64,000 nucleotides of DNA from Camelus dromedarius (lineage: Eukaryota), in NCBI RefSeq assembly GCF_036321535.1, contig NC_087436.1, positions 24,554,001 through 24,618,000 of the forward strand, given 5' to 3'. A program made the translations under genes and the position numbers. This document shows positions 25,705 to 38,440 of the stretch, piece after piece. The notes below the pieces were generated by a model, which was not told the DNA's origin, ran no database searches, and saw only the letters and a program-made list of their open reading frames with translations. Each line of letters begins with the position of its first letter. Within the stretch, counting starts at the first letter, position 1.

Positions 25705-26292
25705 TTAGATTTTTAAAAAAGTTGAAGTATAGTTGATTTACAATGTTGTGTTAGTTTTGGATGTACAGCAAAGTGATTCAGTTATACTGTTACGGAAACG
25801 ACAGGCCAGTCAAGAAACAAGCACCACTCGGAGGGTTGGAGTACTCAGATGTATTATGCCGGCGGGCTCAGAGGGGCTTCTGCTCCGAAGCTCTGAGCAC
25901 CTCCAAGACGTGCGCATGAGGTTTTATAGGGTAAAGTACAAGCTTGGGGTATTAGGCCAATAGGCATGGAACAGCTTTAGCAGCATTATCATCACAAAAG
26001 TGGAGGCGTGGAGGCAGCAAACCAACATTCCAAAGCCAGATATGTGTCTTTGAAAACCCAGCTGGCTAGCAAAAAACATAAACAGCAAACCAACACTAAT
26101 TAACCTAGATTTACAAGTTAGTCCAGCAGAACTCAGATCAGTATTCCAATACTTAGATTTGCGAGTTATCTTGTTAGACCAGCCCGGCTTTTCCTTCACA
26201 ATACATATACATATAAATATAACTTCCAGGTTCTTTTCCATTATAGGTTATTACAAGATATTTAATATAGCTCCCTGTGCTATACAGTAAAG
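25705..26292 (-). mobile_element. L1 3' end interrupted by the solo LTR
   Basis: TTGAAGTATAGTTGATTTACAATGTTGTGTTAG ... CCATTATAGGTTATTACAAGATA...CCCTGTGCTATACAGTAAA. Confidence 0.9.
25788..26200 (-). mobile_element. Young ERV1-type solo LTR (413 bp) inserted in an L1 3' end
   Basis: TG...CA ends with exact 4-bp TSD ATAC (25784-25787 / 26201-26204). Minus-strand TATAAAA at ~25922-25928. About 11 CpGs retained. Splits the L1 motif GTGATTCAGTTATAC|ATATACATA. Confidence 0.92.
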
Positions 26293-27169
26293 CTTTTAAG
26301 ATCTTAACTTAAAATAACTCTCATCCCCAGCATTCCCCAAAGAACAATATCCCCAAAATGACAAAAATAAAGGTGACAGTTTAAAGTAGAGGCCTGAAAT
26401 TTCAAGTGTGACCTGACGCTATTTCCTAGAAGTCTGCGGGCCAGCTGTACTTGGACCCACAGCGCATCTCTCAAAGATGTACTGCATTTATGAGTGATGT
26501 GTTATCTATTTTGCCAGACCTTTGAGGTCTACTTTGCACGTGCATGTGTGTGCATACACAGGTGCACAAAAACTGTGAGGTTTTACCAAAAAATCATGTG
26601 TTTTATATTTTTATGTTTATGTGCTCTGAATTTAAGAGGGTACTCAAATGGGTCTCGGCCTTTGGTGAGACTGGGTTACCTGTGACTGACCCCAAACCAT
26701 TATTCCTAAACCATGATTTAACCTCACATGACTCATGTTTAGACGATGACACGTTCATTTTTCACGTGTATGTGTCTGTGTGTGTGATGATGTTTGGAGG
26801 CAATTCTTGGTGTTCTTGTTTGGGTCTCAATGAGACTGAGTTTGAATTACACCTAAAACTCTTCCTTCCCAAATTACAATTTTACATGTCTAGAGATTCC
26901 TCAAAGCAGGAGAATTATATAGGAAAATAAATTGAATCCATTTATTCTGCAGGTGTTTAAAGAGTGATTACTCTGTCTTAATAAAGAACTTTTTCTCATT
27001 ATAAAAGTAGGAATTTGGAAAATATAGATAAGCACACAGAGGAATATATACCCCACTCATAGTTCTATCATCCAGAGATTTCAATAGTCATGTTTAGGTG
27101 ATTTATTGATATTTGGTTGATTTGATTGATTTCCAGCTTGGAGATCTATCTATCTGCCTATCTTTCAAT

Positions 27170-27434
27170 CTAAACTGACGTATAGTTGATGTACAATGTT
27201 GTGTTAGTTTTTGGTGTACAGCACAGTGATTCACTTACATATGTGTATATATATACACATATTCTTTTCCATTATGATTTATGTAAGATATCGAGTATAA
27301 TTCCCTGTGCTATACAGTAAGGCCTTGTTGTTTATCTATTTTATGTATAGTGGTGTGTATCTGCTAATCCCAAACTCCTAATTTATCCCTCCCTCACCCA
27401 TTCCCCTTTGGTAACCCTAAATTTGTTTTCTATA
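27170..27434 (-). mobile_element. L1 3' end
   Basis: Same L1 3' motif series as 6990-7260. Confidence 0.9.
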
Positions 27435-27435
27435 G

Positions 27436-27533
27436 GGATTTTAAGATGGCAACAATGGAGCATAAAATCAAGTGTGAGGCCCTTTTGAGTTGGGGGCCCT
27501 GGGTGACAGGTTGCAGCCCATGAAGCTGGCCCT
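27436..27533. mobile_element. MER91-like hAT fragment
   Basis: AAGATGGCAACA...GGGGCCCTG...CCCATGAAGCTGGCCCT. Confidence 0.65.
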
Positions 27534-30500
27534 TTGGGGACCCCATACTAATTCCCGCTGGTAGCTGGGCCTGGGCTATGGTTTAGGGATGTGGGCTGCT
27601 GGGGAGAAGAAGGGACTCTGGCTCTGCCAGCTGTTGGTAAGAAAGGCCTGAGACTTATAATTAGCCTACAACACCATCTCATCTCTCCACAGAACATGGT
27701 CCTCTCTGCACCCTAACTCTGCCCCCACACCTTCATACTTATCTCCAATTGGCTAAGGCATTTAACTTAATGCATTTTCACTCACTTGAATTATATCTGT
27801 AGGGGCAGGGAAGGATGTGGGCAGCAGGTCATTCCCCAGCTTGCTTGCATTGGAATAGTCCTAAGCCCTGTACCCACTAGCGGCACAGAAATGCCCCCCA
27901 AAAAAGAAAAATTAGAGAATTTTGTAAGCACACAGACAAAATAAACTTTCTTCCTGAAAACATATTCACTTTCCGGCAGAGCTGCTGTCTTTATTTGACC
28001 CTAGATACAACTGCATCCCAATGACTGGTGAGGGACCCTTTATACAAGTTTGTAAAATGCTTGAAGAAGCATCCAGAAAAAAAAGACACTATGCAAGCAT
28101 AAGGCACTATTATCACTTGTTTGGAAGTCTGTGTTTTGGTTCCCAAACATTCTCCCCCAGTGGCACATAGATCAGCATGGCTTATTATAAGCAAGGCCAT
28201 ATGTGGCCTCTCATATCCTGTCACTTGCCTGTAGAGGCTCCTAGTCTTACTGACTTTCCAAATCAGAACGAAACCAGCCATAAAAGTACTGAGAAGCAAA
28301 CACTGAGGCAAGGGGGATTTGAGTGTTCTTCACCCCGCCCCTGACCAACAAGTGAAGGCTCTACTACCCTCATCCACCAGATCTCCGAGACAGAAGCCAC
28401 AAATCTTTCTTGTTTTGTTTAGCACGTTGGCACAGGAACAAGTACCTGTTACTCTGTCGAGAGAATCTCTCTTGTAACCTGGGTCTCAGCAAATTCACAG
28501 AAAGGGCTGAAGAAAATAACCCTGGAATGCAGGCGATTATTTATTTATGGACTTACCTTGTTATATGCCAGTCTATACCCAAGGCCTTTCAGCAGAGCTT
28601 CATAAAAAGTAATAGTAACTGACATTCAACACACACCGAGCTTCTCTTTCCAGTTCCTGTTTCTTTAATGGATCCCTACAGAAGGTGCGGAGGAAAGCCC
28701 AGGCCATGGTCAGACAATCGTATTACTTCACTCTGTCCAAGCTCATCAAACATTCTTTTGCTGCTGCTTGAGTGAGCCGTAGTTTTGAAAATACGACATG
28801 AGTCTCGTTTGTAGGGAACTTATCAACATTCAGCTACCATTTTTCTCAACCTCCCATTGTTCTGATCCGTTCCCAGCATTCTCGATTGTCCTGAGAGTGT
28901 CTTAGGGACCAGGGAGAAAGGTAGGGGACATTATAACACCTTGCAGTTGACATCATTGCTCAGGAAACTTCGAAACACTTACCAGTGTAAGCATGCTCCA
29001 TTTCTCTGATAAAAATAATGAAAAGTGCTTGGGTTTATGATGATGGGCTCTCCGTAAATTCTGAGCAGGGTGGACAGATACATTTATGGGAACAAAATTT
29101 CATGCATTTATGGGAAGAAAGTTTCTTTGTATAAAGAAACATTTCCAGCTCCTTTCTGCTGGGGGACTTAATTATCTCCTTCTTCTTCCTCTCCCCCTCA
29201 TCCTCATTTTTCTCTTGTTTAGCTCTGAAAATATTTTAAAATATTCCACAATAGAAAAATATTTTGAAAATCGATTATTTGGTCATTCTGTTTGCTTCCA
29301 TGTGACAACAGAGAGGTCTTTGAAGTGCTTGGAAGGACTCAATTACAAAGTACCTTTCTTGGATTTGTACATATTCAGGGTCCAGATTTATTCATTCCTT
29401 TCAAAATGGTCATATATGTGTGTATGCAGATACAAATGGAAAGGAGGAGCTGGAGTGGGGGGAGGGTAAGCTTTAAGGCTCAACTGAGTCTTCCAAGAAA
29501 ACTGCCTCTCTCCACTCTGCCCCTCAAACTGCCTTCAGGACTCTCTTTGCAGCTTCCATAATAACCTCCACATAATTCAACCATTGCATTTGCCTTTTTT
29601 TTTTTTGTAACTAACTGTATTACCTGCATTGCCAGTACAATTATTAATCATTGTCAAAGTTTAATGGAAAGATAAGAAAGAAATATTTCAATTGTAGTGA
29701 TTTTTCTAAAATTATAATAATTAATTCAGAGTTGTAATAATTTCCAACATAGTAATAAAACTTCTTTACATACTACATTTTTCATTCTGTTAGCTGGAAA
29801 TGCATACAAATCAGTATTGGTAGGGGAGGCCCTGTAGGAAGCAACCTGATCAAAAATCAGTGAGTGCAAATCTGTGTGTCTGCTTTGCTCGGATAGAGAG
29901 GACACACTTGCTCTCTGCAGACATTTGGAAGCAAAGGGAGGTCATTTGAGGGAACCACTGGATCCAGGGGCTAATTACTGCTTTCTCTTGTCTGCCTGCA
30001 TCTTTTATAAATGTACTCTTAGGCTCTGTTGCTATTTTTAAAATGCTGGGTTCTGGATGGTGAGGTCAGAATTGGTTCTGAGTTTATCATGGCAACAGGC
30101 TATCCTTTCAACTCTCCTCTCTATTTTAGGCCTTGACTATTGAGATGAATTTTGGATTGTGAACAAATATTAAATTCATAATAATCAATTTGGGGCTCAT
30201 TTGAAATTCTATCTGTATTTTCTCCTTGTGGCATAAATGGCAAGTCTCTTCAGGCACCTCCAGATTATCCCCTTGGGTTCCTCCCCTGGGTGTCTTCTTG
30301 CCCTGGTTCCAGCTTCTGGGAAGATGCGGCCCACCTACGGGTACTCAGGAGGGCACCAGGTTCTCTGGCCTCTGGGCGCCTGTGTGGGTGCTTCCTGACA
30401 AGGGCCTTGATCAGTCCTCATGTTGTTACTTCTTTCTGTCAGAAAAGATCCACTGAGCACCTACTCTGTGTTGGATTTTGGACTAGGAACTGGGGACACA

Positions 30501-30923
30501 ACAGAGAAAAAAATAGATTCAGACTCTCGAAGTACTCAAATTTTCATAGCTTGTGCTGGTGAAGATCTAAATTTATGTATATTCAAGATGACATTTTTTT
30601 TCTCCTGAGCGTGATTTTTTATGTGACTTCACAGGGGAAAAAACAGGACAGTTAAAATGGACAAATGCAAGAAAAAAAATTATGAGCATTTTGGGGCTCC
30701 TTTACCATTCGTAAAATTATGGTAACATTCAGAATACATAGATTTATAAATTTAAACTTTCAGCATTCTGTGTTACTCTGAATGAATGATTAGTTATATT
30801 ACTTTGTATGTAAAAAAAAAAAAAAATTCTTGTTCCTTCCTACTCCTAAATACCCTCCCCCAAAGTGGATTTTATCTATGCCACACTGCCAGATATGACA
30901 TCAACTATTCTGGTGCCAATGAC

Positions 30924-31297
30924 TGTGAAAGGAAAATCAAAATGGAGTTGGTATTGCTAAGAGAGCTCTCCAAAATAAGCCAGGAGGCCACTGAGGAAGT
31001 GTGACGTACGCACGTCTCAGCCTGGGTGGAATCTGACCTTTTAATGCCAGAAACTCAAGATACTTATCAGACACTTCCCCTAAAACAACTCATGACAACC
31101 ATCCTTTAAGGACAAATATTTCTTTTCTTGTGTCAGAGTACAGGCTCCTGACTTTTGTCTTTATATACTCCTGACTCTTTTCTTCTCCAGAACGTCTTTC
31201 AGTTTTACCCAAATCTGTGTCTGCAAAATTGCCATTCTTAAGACCCCAACGAAAGCCCTTTGTTCTTTGTAGCCTTGATACTGATTACTGTTCGACA
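30924..31297 (+). mobile_element. Older ERV1 (MER4/MER34-group-like) solo LTR
   Basis: Starts TGTGAAAGGAAAATCAAAATGGAG and ends TTCGACA, with a TATATA box at ~31162. TSD is not exact. Confidence 0.7.
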
Positions 31298-32107
31298 TTA
31301 TGAAGAGACAAATAGAGACTAAATTTTATTATATAGATAATTTATGTGTTCTCTTCCTAGAGGGTGAAGACTCTGTTTTTCATATTTGAGTAGCTGGACC
31401 CTAGAATACCACTTGGAACATAGTAAGGAGTCAATAAATGATTGCTGGATAAATGAAGGCAGGCAGGATTTAGGAAGTCGAAACATGAGACAATCCTTTT
31501 CTTGACTGGTGTTTGGAATGGAAATAAGAGAGTAAAAATAGGAAGTGAAGGGTCCCTTATACACATTGCAAATTTCCTGCACCCTTATTTGTGCTAGTAC
31601 TTTATGTTTATGACATTATTAATGCTCCTATTTAATTTCATGAATGAAGAAGCATCACTTTATTTTACAAACAAGGAGCCTGAAGCTTAGTCAATTTATG
31701 AGACATGTTCAAGTCACACGGCTGATTACCTGGCAAAACCACCACTGGGACCTGGGTCAGAAGGTCAGAGCCACTTCAAATTCCTTGCTCTTAACCATTG
31801 AAATGTACTCTATCTTACAGACTAGTTGATCCAATGCTTTGGTTTATGTGAACCTGCTGGTAGGGTCCCTTCCTGACACCCTCCTCCACTACCCCTTGGC
31901 GGGTCCTCCCAACCTCCAGACGCTCAGCCTGCAAATATTAGTGTTGGGAGAGAAAATATCAAGGGTTGAAAATCACATTTAGTTTGAGGGAAAGAAAGGA
32001 ATAATTTGATGACAGTTCTAATTTTATTAACAATTTTGGGGGGCAACATTTGGTAACAGGTCTCACTGCATTCAAACATAAATCTCTAATGAGTTTTGGA
32101 AAGGAAA

Positions 32108-32475
32108 CTTTTTTTTAAATTGAAGTACAGTCAGTTACAATGTGTCAATTTCTAGTGTACAGCATAATGATCCAGTCATGCATATACATACATATATTCG
32201 TTTTCATATTCTTTTTCATTGAAGGTTATTACAAGATATTGAAAATAGTTCTCTGTGCTGTTCAGAAGAAATTTGTTTTTTGGTTTTTTAAATCTATTTT
32301 TATACATAGTGGCTAACATTTGCAAATCTCAAACTCCCAAATTTATCCCTTCCGACCCATCCCCTTTCCCCTGGTAACCATAAGATTGTTTACCATATCT
32401 GTGAATCTGTTTCTGTTTTGTAAATGCGTTTGTGTCCTGTTTTGTTTTGTTTTTTTTTTTCTTTTTTCTTTAGAT
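32108..32475 (-). mobile_element. L1 3' end
   Basis: TTTTTAAATTGAAGTACAGTCAGTTACAATG...GAATCTGTTTCTGTTTTGTAAAT...TTTAGAT. Confidence 0.9.
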
Positions 32476-33513
32476 GGAAAGGAAACTTGCTGTATTTCAG
32501 GAGGACAGAGAGGAGGGGGTGGTGGGGAGAAGGAGGCATGACGGCTTTCTTGTGCTTGTGTACAGTATCAGTATTAATCACATTTTTAAACTATGGGCTT
32601 TAGAATGAAATTTCCTACTCATTTTTGAGAGTTTCTGTTTCCTTCTTTGCCTTGAGCCTTATTTATGTATTCATTTTTTAGGGCTTACAGCATGTATTTC
32701 TGAAATTCTAGATGGTTGGAAGTGTTTGCCCTTCAAAAGCAGAGGCTCCTCTGGGTACCCACTGATGTGTCCCTTCAAACCTGGAGTCAGAGAATTTTCT
32801 TCTTGGGGAAAGGGCTCCCTCCCACCTGCACCCGGTGCTTTTGACTTTGAATCACTTCAAGGTGAAGGGAGATCATTAGCATGTTTACTTAAAGCAGGTC
32901 TGGCTTATTACCTCAGTTCACAATGGGGTTGGGGACGTTTCCTCCCTTGCCTGTTTGGGTTTAGGATGGCTTAGGATTGATGTCATCTGCTCCTTGATAT
33001 AAGGAAGGAAGTCTAATAAAAGGCATTAAAAACATCTTTTCCTTATTTCACCTGACTCCTCGCGTCTGTCACAGATCTTGCTGGACTGACAGAACATTAC
33101 GCACATAACTCTCCTTCTTAAGCAGCGAGGAGGCAGCAGTAGGCATTTTTTTCATTTCGAGTCTATCAACTGAGAATTGATAAAGTCATCACAGAACAAC
33201 TGTAGTTTGACCCTGACCTGACAAAAGAGATCGAAAATGTCTCGTGTGGAGAGAAGCGAGGGGGCTGGGAACATCACTGGCTCTGAAAGAAGCTACAAGT
33301 CGAGTAAGGGCTGACACCAGGCGCTTCGCCGAGTATGTTTAATAACCGAAAAGTAAATAATGAAAGGGCAGTCAATAAACAACTGTGGTTTAATAAATTA
33401 TTCATTTCAACAATACTTGCAGTGTTTGCCCAGAGAAGGGAGAACGTCTGAATGTTTTCTTCCAACCTGCACATCCGGTCTGAACCTGTCTGGATGCTGA
33501 GTTGTTTGCACTT

Positions 33514-33532
33514 AGGCCAGCAGAGGGCGCTG
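33514..33532 (+). promoter_or_regulatory. Near-consensus CTCF motif
   Basis: AGGCCAGCAGAGGGCGCTG versus the CTCF core CCASYAGRKGGCRS, in unique CpG-retaining sequence. Confidence 0.7.
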
Positions 33533-33779
33533 ATGTTACACCAAAAAGGGAGGCGACGTGCCTTCCCGGTGCCTGTCTCTGTTTAAGACGGAAAGAGAAA
33601 AGATAGGAGAATGTTGAGAAGTAGAGAGGAAGATAGAACACGAGACGATTGGCACGGAAATGAAAAAACGCATTCTTCACAGGGAGATCATATTCAACCC
33701 CGTACTGAAACCAGTCATAGGGAAATAAGTAGAAAAACAGTCGTTCTATACTCCTCGTTAAAATAACTAATTTACTTGA

Positions 33780-34630
33780 AAACCCTAGCACGACAGATTT
33801 GGAAGCATCAGGGCGCGGGTAAGGAGATATTTGGAAAAGCCAATAGATTTATTTCCATCTTGAAAACCGCGCTCTGATTTTCAGGAAGTGCTCCCAGGAG
33901 TCAAGTGCTTCTCTGGGGCCTCACCGCAGGCGGACAATCACAAACGCACCGCTGCTGAGCGGCCGGCCCGAGCGGCCCGAGGCCATTTGCAACTAAATGC
34001 TACCGCGCCTTGAAGTCTGCCCTGCAAGGAGATGAATCCCGACTATCAGTCCAGCTCTGTGTTCCTTTTCTGTTCTCATGGCGCTCTGCTCTAGCCTTAT
34101 TTTATTTATGAAACGGTGTTACATGAGGCAAAGCGCCTGTTGCGGGGCGAGAAGTGTCGTTGCGCTCCCTGGGATGTCGGCCGTATTCCTGAGGCGCGGA
34201 GGTATCATCTGTCGTCCGCAGTCACGCAGCTGCTAAAACGCATGGTATTTATTTATAATAACGCGCGAGGCAGCCCACAGGGAAGTGTCATCTTGTTTGT
34301 AATCAATCCCAGTGCCAGGCTGTTCTTGGGCAGCACAATCAGACTTTGTGTTAAGTGACAAATTGGCCTCGTTTTCTTATTCTGACCGTCATTTTTCTTC
34401 AGTGGGGATCTATCATCTCTGTTACTAGGCCTTGGAGTTTAGTACCACACACGGACACACACAAATGCATCCCCCCGTGAGCGGGCTCAGGAAGAAAGCT
34501 GCACTCTCCCCTACGCCTGCAAACAAACCCCATTGCTACCAGTGCGCTGGTGAGGGCGGAGCTGTTGAAGGGAGCTGGCGGAGCGGACCTCGGGGTGGGG
34601 CTTGCGGTGAGGTAGACACCCGGGCATCTG
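33780..34630. promoter_or_regulatory. CpG-island-like non-repeat block
   Basis: About 35 CpGs counted by eye in 33790-34270, far above the window background. No repeat homology recognised. Confidence 0.65.
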
Positions 34631-34787
34631 GGGAAGGTGGGTGCTTATCGAACTACTGTTGGTGTTCTTTGATTGATTTCAACCAGGAGCTTGATAGGGA
34701 AGTGGTTGTCTCAATCAGTAAGACTAAGCTAGAATATTTATAAGGAGACATTTTAAATTTAATTTTAGATGAAGTCTTCTCTCACCT

Positions 34788-35378
34788 TGCGGCAGACTTG
34801 AGGTGATTCCCCCATAACCCTCACCTCCTCGTGTTCAGACCCTTCTGACCGCTCTTCTGTTGAGTGTGGGCAGGACCTGCGACATTCTTCTAACCAACAC
34901 AACGTGGCTGAGGTGACAGGCTGTATGAGGTTATGTGTATGTGATTACAGGACCCTGTTACATAGTATTGTAGCTCCCATCTTGCTGGAGTCTCTCTCCC
35001 TTGCTGGCTTTAAAGAAGCCAGAAGCCACACTGGGGAACCACATGTGGTAAGGAGGTGCAAATGGCCTGTGGAATTTGAGGGCTGCCTCCAGCCGATATC
35101 CAGCAAAAAATGAAAGCTCACTGTCCTACAACCACAAGGAGCTGCGTTTTGCCGACAACTTAAGTGAGACTGAAACCAGATCCTTCCCCAGCTTAGTCTC
35201 AGATGAGACTGAAGCCTGGATCAGCACCTTGATTGTAGCCTCGTGAGACACAGAGCAGAGGACCCAGGTAAGCTGTGATCAGACTCCGGACTCACAGAAA
35301 CTGTGAGATGATAAATGTATGCTTGTCTTTTTAAAGCTACTAAGGTGTGGTAATGTTGTTACACATAATAGGTAACAC
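34788..35378 (+). mobile_element. MaLR solo LTR (MLT1E/F-like)
   Basis: CTTGCTGGCTTTAAAGAAG, CAACCACAAGGA, CACAGAAACTGTGAGATGATAAATG...GTGGTAATGTTGTTAC. Confidence 0.85.
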
Positions 35379-37109
35379 TCAAAACTGGATCTCGCTTTTC
35401 CTCCTTCTCCGTGCCATCAGCTGTCAAAAGCTGAACTACTTCTTAAGTGAGCTGAATGACTTTTGCTGCTTAATCAATATCAGCTTACAGGTCCTAAAGG
35501 CAAATCTGCCAGACCATCTGGCGTAGGACTTGCTTTCTGTTTAGAATAAATCCAAACCTTAGGTACAAAGTGAAAATAAATTGCAATAATACTGAATTTA
35601 CGTAGTTAATTGTAACCAGTTTCAGGACTGGGTCAATCTGTAAATTGGATTATGATCGCCTGGTTGGAAAGAGGTTCCCATGGAACAGGCTGAAGTGGGA
35701 GAAATAGTCAGGATGGGTGCTGCACTTGGCTCCTTTTGGAGAGCCTGCATGTTAAGTGATTAACATGTTTTGAAGTTGAGCGTCTTGATTGATGCCTGAG
35801 GGAAATGCTGGAGTCTGTTATTTGCTGGAGAGAGAATAGCAAGGAAGAGAACCCATAGAAGTGGAGGGGAGAAAAGAGAGAATTGGTAGGCACTTCTGAT
35901 CAGTTTAAACAATAAGAAATAGGGATGAGTAATTGGCAGCTCGGTGACCAGGAATGGAGCACAGTGGCTCTCTGAGTACGGCCACACCTCGAAGGCAGAT
36001 TCTACAAGATGGGGGTCAGCACCGCAGGGGCATTCCTGCCTTTGCTCGGATCAGGCTTCTTTCCTGGAGTGTTCTCCCCACCGACAGATCACCCAGTTCC
36101 CATGTGTCCTTCAGGTCCAGTCAAACACTAACACCCTCATGAAATCTCCCCTAGAAGTTCTTGATTTCAAACCACAGAAGTTTTCTCAGATTCTCTCAGA
36201 TAATAAAGAAATGCTATTGGCCCACATCACTGAGTTGCCTGGAGGTAAACTGGGCTTGGCATGAGGTTGATCTTAAGGCATCATTGTCATCATGAAATCA
36301 ACAGGACATGAGCTATGCTTTTTGTTCTGTTTTTTAAAAAAATTTAAGTTCTGTTTCCCTCTGGCTTTCCTTGTGATAACAAAAATGACTCTATTTCACA
36401 CTTTTCAGAGGAAGAGATAAGAACTTTATCCTAGACTTCCAACCAAAGTCCTGAGAATCACTCTTAGCCTGCAGCACTCTTGTCTGAGTCTGTCGTCTTG
36501 GCTAGGGGGTAGGGTGCAGATTGGTGTGGACCATGCCTGAGGCTCCGTCCCTGGGAAAGAAAAAGGAATCCATGTGGATCCGAAACAGAAACCAGTGTTC
36601 ACCTGACCTTTATTAACTCTAGCCATCATCATTGATCTACCTCTGAAATAAAATTTTAATTAAGAGTGTTGCTAGTAATGAATGATTTGGGAAGTTAGCA
36701 TCATTCCTATTTTCAGACAGTTCCTTAGTATAGTTAGGATGTTTGTTTCCAATTTTGATCCTTCCACATTTCATGTGCAGATTGCAGGCCCTTCCTAATT
36801 AGGGTATATGCTTATTGAAAGCAAGGACCGCGCAGAACTCTTGGAGTACTTGCCCTAAAGCACTATAACCGAGGGGGACAGCACAGGTTAATTGAACTGA
36901 GCCCTTACAGACCAGCCTCACAGAATTCCCATCAGTACTTCTTACCGTTACTTTGAGATTTTTATTATGAGAACGAGTCTGACGGAACTCAAACGTTATC
37001 TTTACACTTTTATGTCAAACTCATAAAAACATATTGAGACAACTGAAACCTCACTTTTGTTCTCTTTCTGAACATACAACTCCATTAATAGTTCTTTTTT
37101 TAAATAATA

Positions 37110-37262
37110 AGAGACAGTTTGTGTTGGTGGTTAAACTTTCAGGTTCTGGACAGACCTGGGTTCAAATTTTGGCTTCACCAGTTCACGACTTTTTTTCCTG
37201 CAACAGTCTCTCATGTCCTCTGTGCCTCAGTTTTCATTTTTAAAATGGGGAAAATAATAACA
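37110..37262 (+). mobile_element. MIR
   Basis: CAGACCTGGGTTCAAAT...CTCTGTGCCTCAGTTTTC...TAAAATGGGG. Confidence 0.78.
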
Positions 37263-37269
37263 ATAGAAA

Positions 37270-38070
37270 AGAATGGGTAAAGGAAGTCCCCCAAAGGAAA
37301 TAAAAGTCTCCTAAATATAAGAAAAGATCTGAGCCTTACTCATAATAAGAGTAAAGAGAATAATAATAAGAGAAAATTCAAGCTATGTGGAGATAGCCCA
37401 TTTTTTTACTTATCAGATTGGATGGACTCAAGCTTTGACAATCCCTCTCATCAAGCTGATCAGGAAATAGGCGTTCTTGTACTTGCTAGTACACATTGAT
37501 GTCTCTCCTATGGAGGCCAAATTGCTAATATAGGTCTTAATTGCAAACGTGTATATCTTTGGTACCAGCCATCCTGTTTAGGAATTTATTGTACAGAGAT
37601 ACTGTCACCTTTGGAAATGGTAATATGTTCAGAGTTGTTCATTGTAGCATTTTTCTTAATGGCAAAAGATTGGCAACAATCCAATTGTCCATCAACATGG
37701 GCCTGATGAAATCACTTATGACATGTTGATACAACAGAATACTCAGCCAATTCTATCCTGCAATATAAAAGAAGAGGAAAGCCTCTATGTATTGGTATGG
37801 AAGTGCTGATAAATCTTTGGTTAAGTGGGAAAAAAACTAGGTACAGAACAGGATGTAGAGTACATTACTTTTTGTGAAAAACAAGGAGGAAAAATATCTA
37901 TTCATATGTGCTAATATTTGCATAAAGGAACTCTGAAGGATTTCCTAAAAATCTAATAAAGTGGTTATCTTTTTTAAGAGAGCTGACTGAGGATGGTGGG
38001 GGAATAAAGTTGTTTCACTCTGTACCCCTGAAGATTGATTTTTAAAACCTGTAAATCTTTTACCTACTTA
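37270..38070 (+). mobile_element. Old L1ME-type 3' fragment
   Basis: CTTATCAGATTGG, GTTCATTGTAGCATT, AATGGCAAAAGATTGG and GGTATGGAAG motifs. Confidence 0.7.
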
Positions 38071-38209
38071 GAAAAAATGGAAAAACAACTGAGCATTTCC
38101 AATGTTTTCCCCTCTTGCCTATCTGGGGAGCGGTGGTTGGAATACTGTAGCCTCATTTATCATTTATACAGCATGTCTATTGCCTTTTGCCTTAGGCTGG
38201 AGAACTAGT

Positions 38210-38440
38210 TTAATGTAATGATAAAGAGCATGTCTGGAATTTGGGGTCAGTCAAACCTGGATTCCAATTTTGGCTCCATTGCTTACTAGCTGTGTGGTCT
38301 AGGGCAAGCTACTTCACCTCTCTGAGCTCTGTTCCTTCACTTGGAAAATGAGGAGTCACCTCATTTTACAAGTGTGAAGAGTCAATCAGCGTTAGGAACA
38401 TGCTTAGCACATGCATGGTGGTTACTAGAAACTCCTTAAA
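38210..38440 (+). mobile_element. MIR
   Basis: CTTACTAGCTGTGTGGTCTAGGGCAAG...CTCTCTGAGCTCTGTT...GGAAAATGAGG. Confidence 0.8.

Noticed and set aside
32440..32480. Strong-looking splice acceptor TTTTCTTTAG|ATGG
   Set aside because: It is the T-rich TTTTTAGAT motif of the antisense L1 3' UTR, also present in the other L1 copies.
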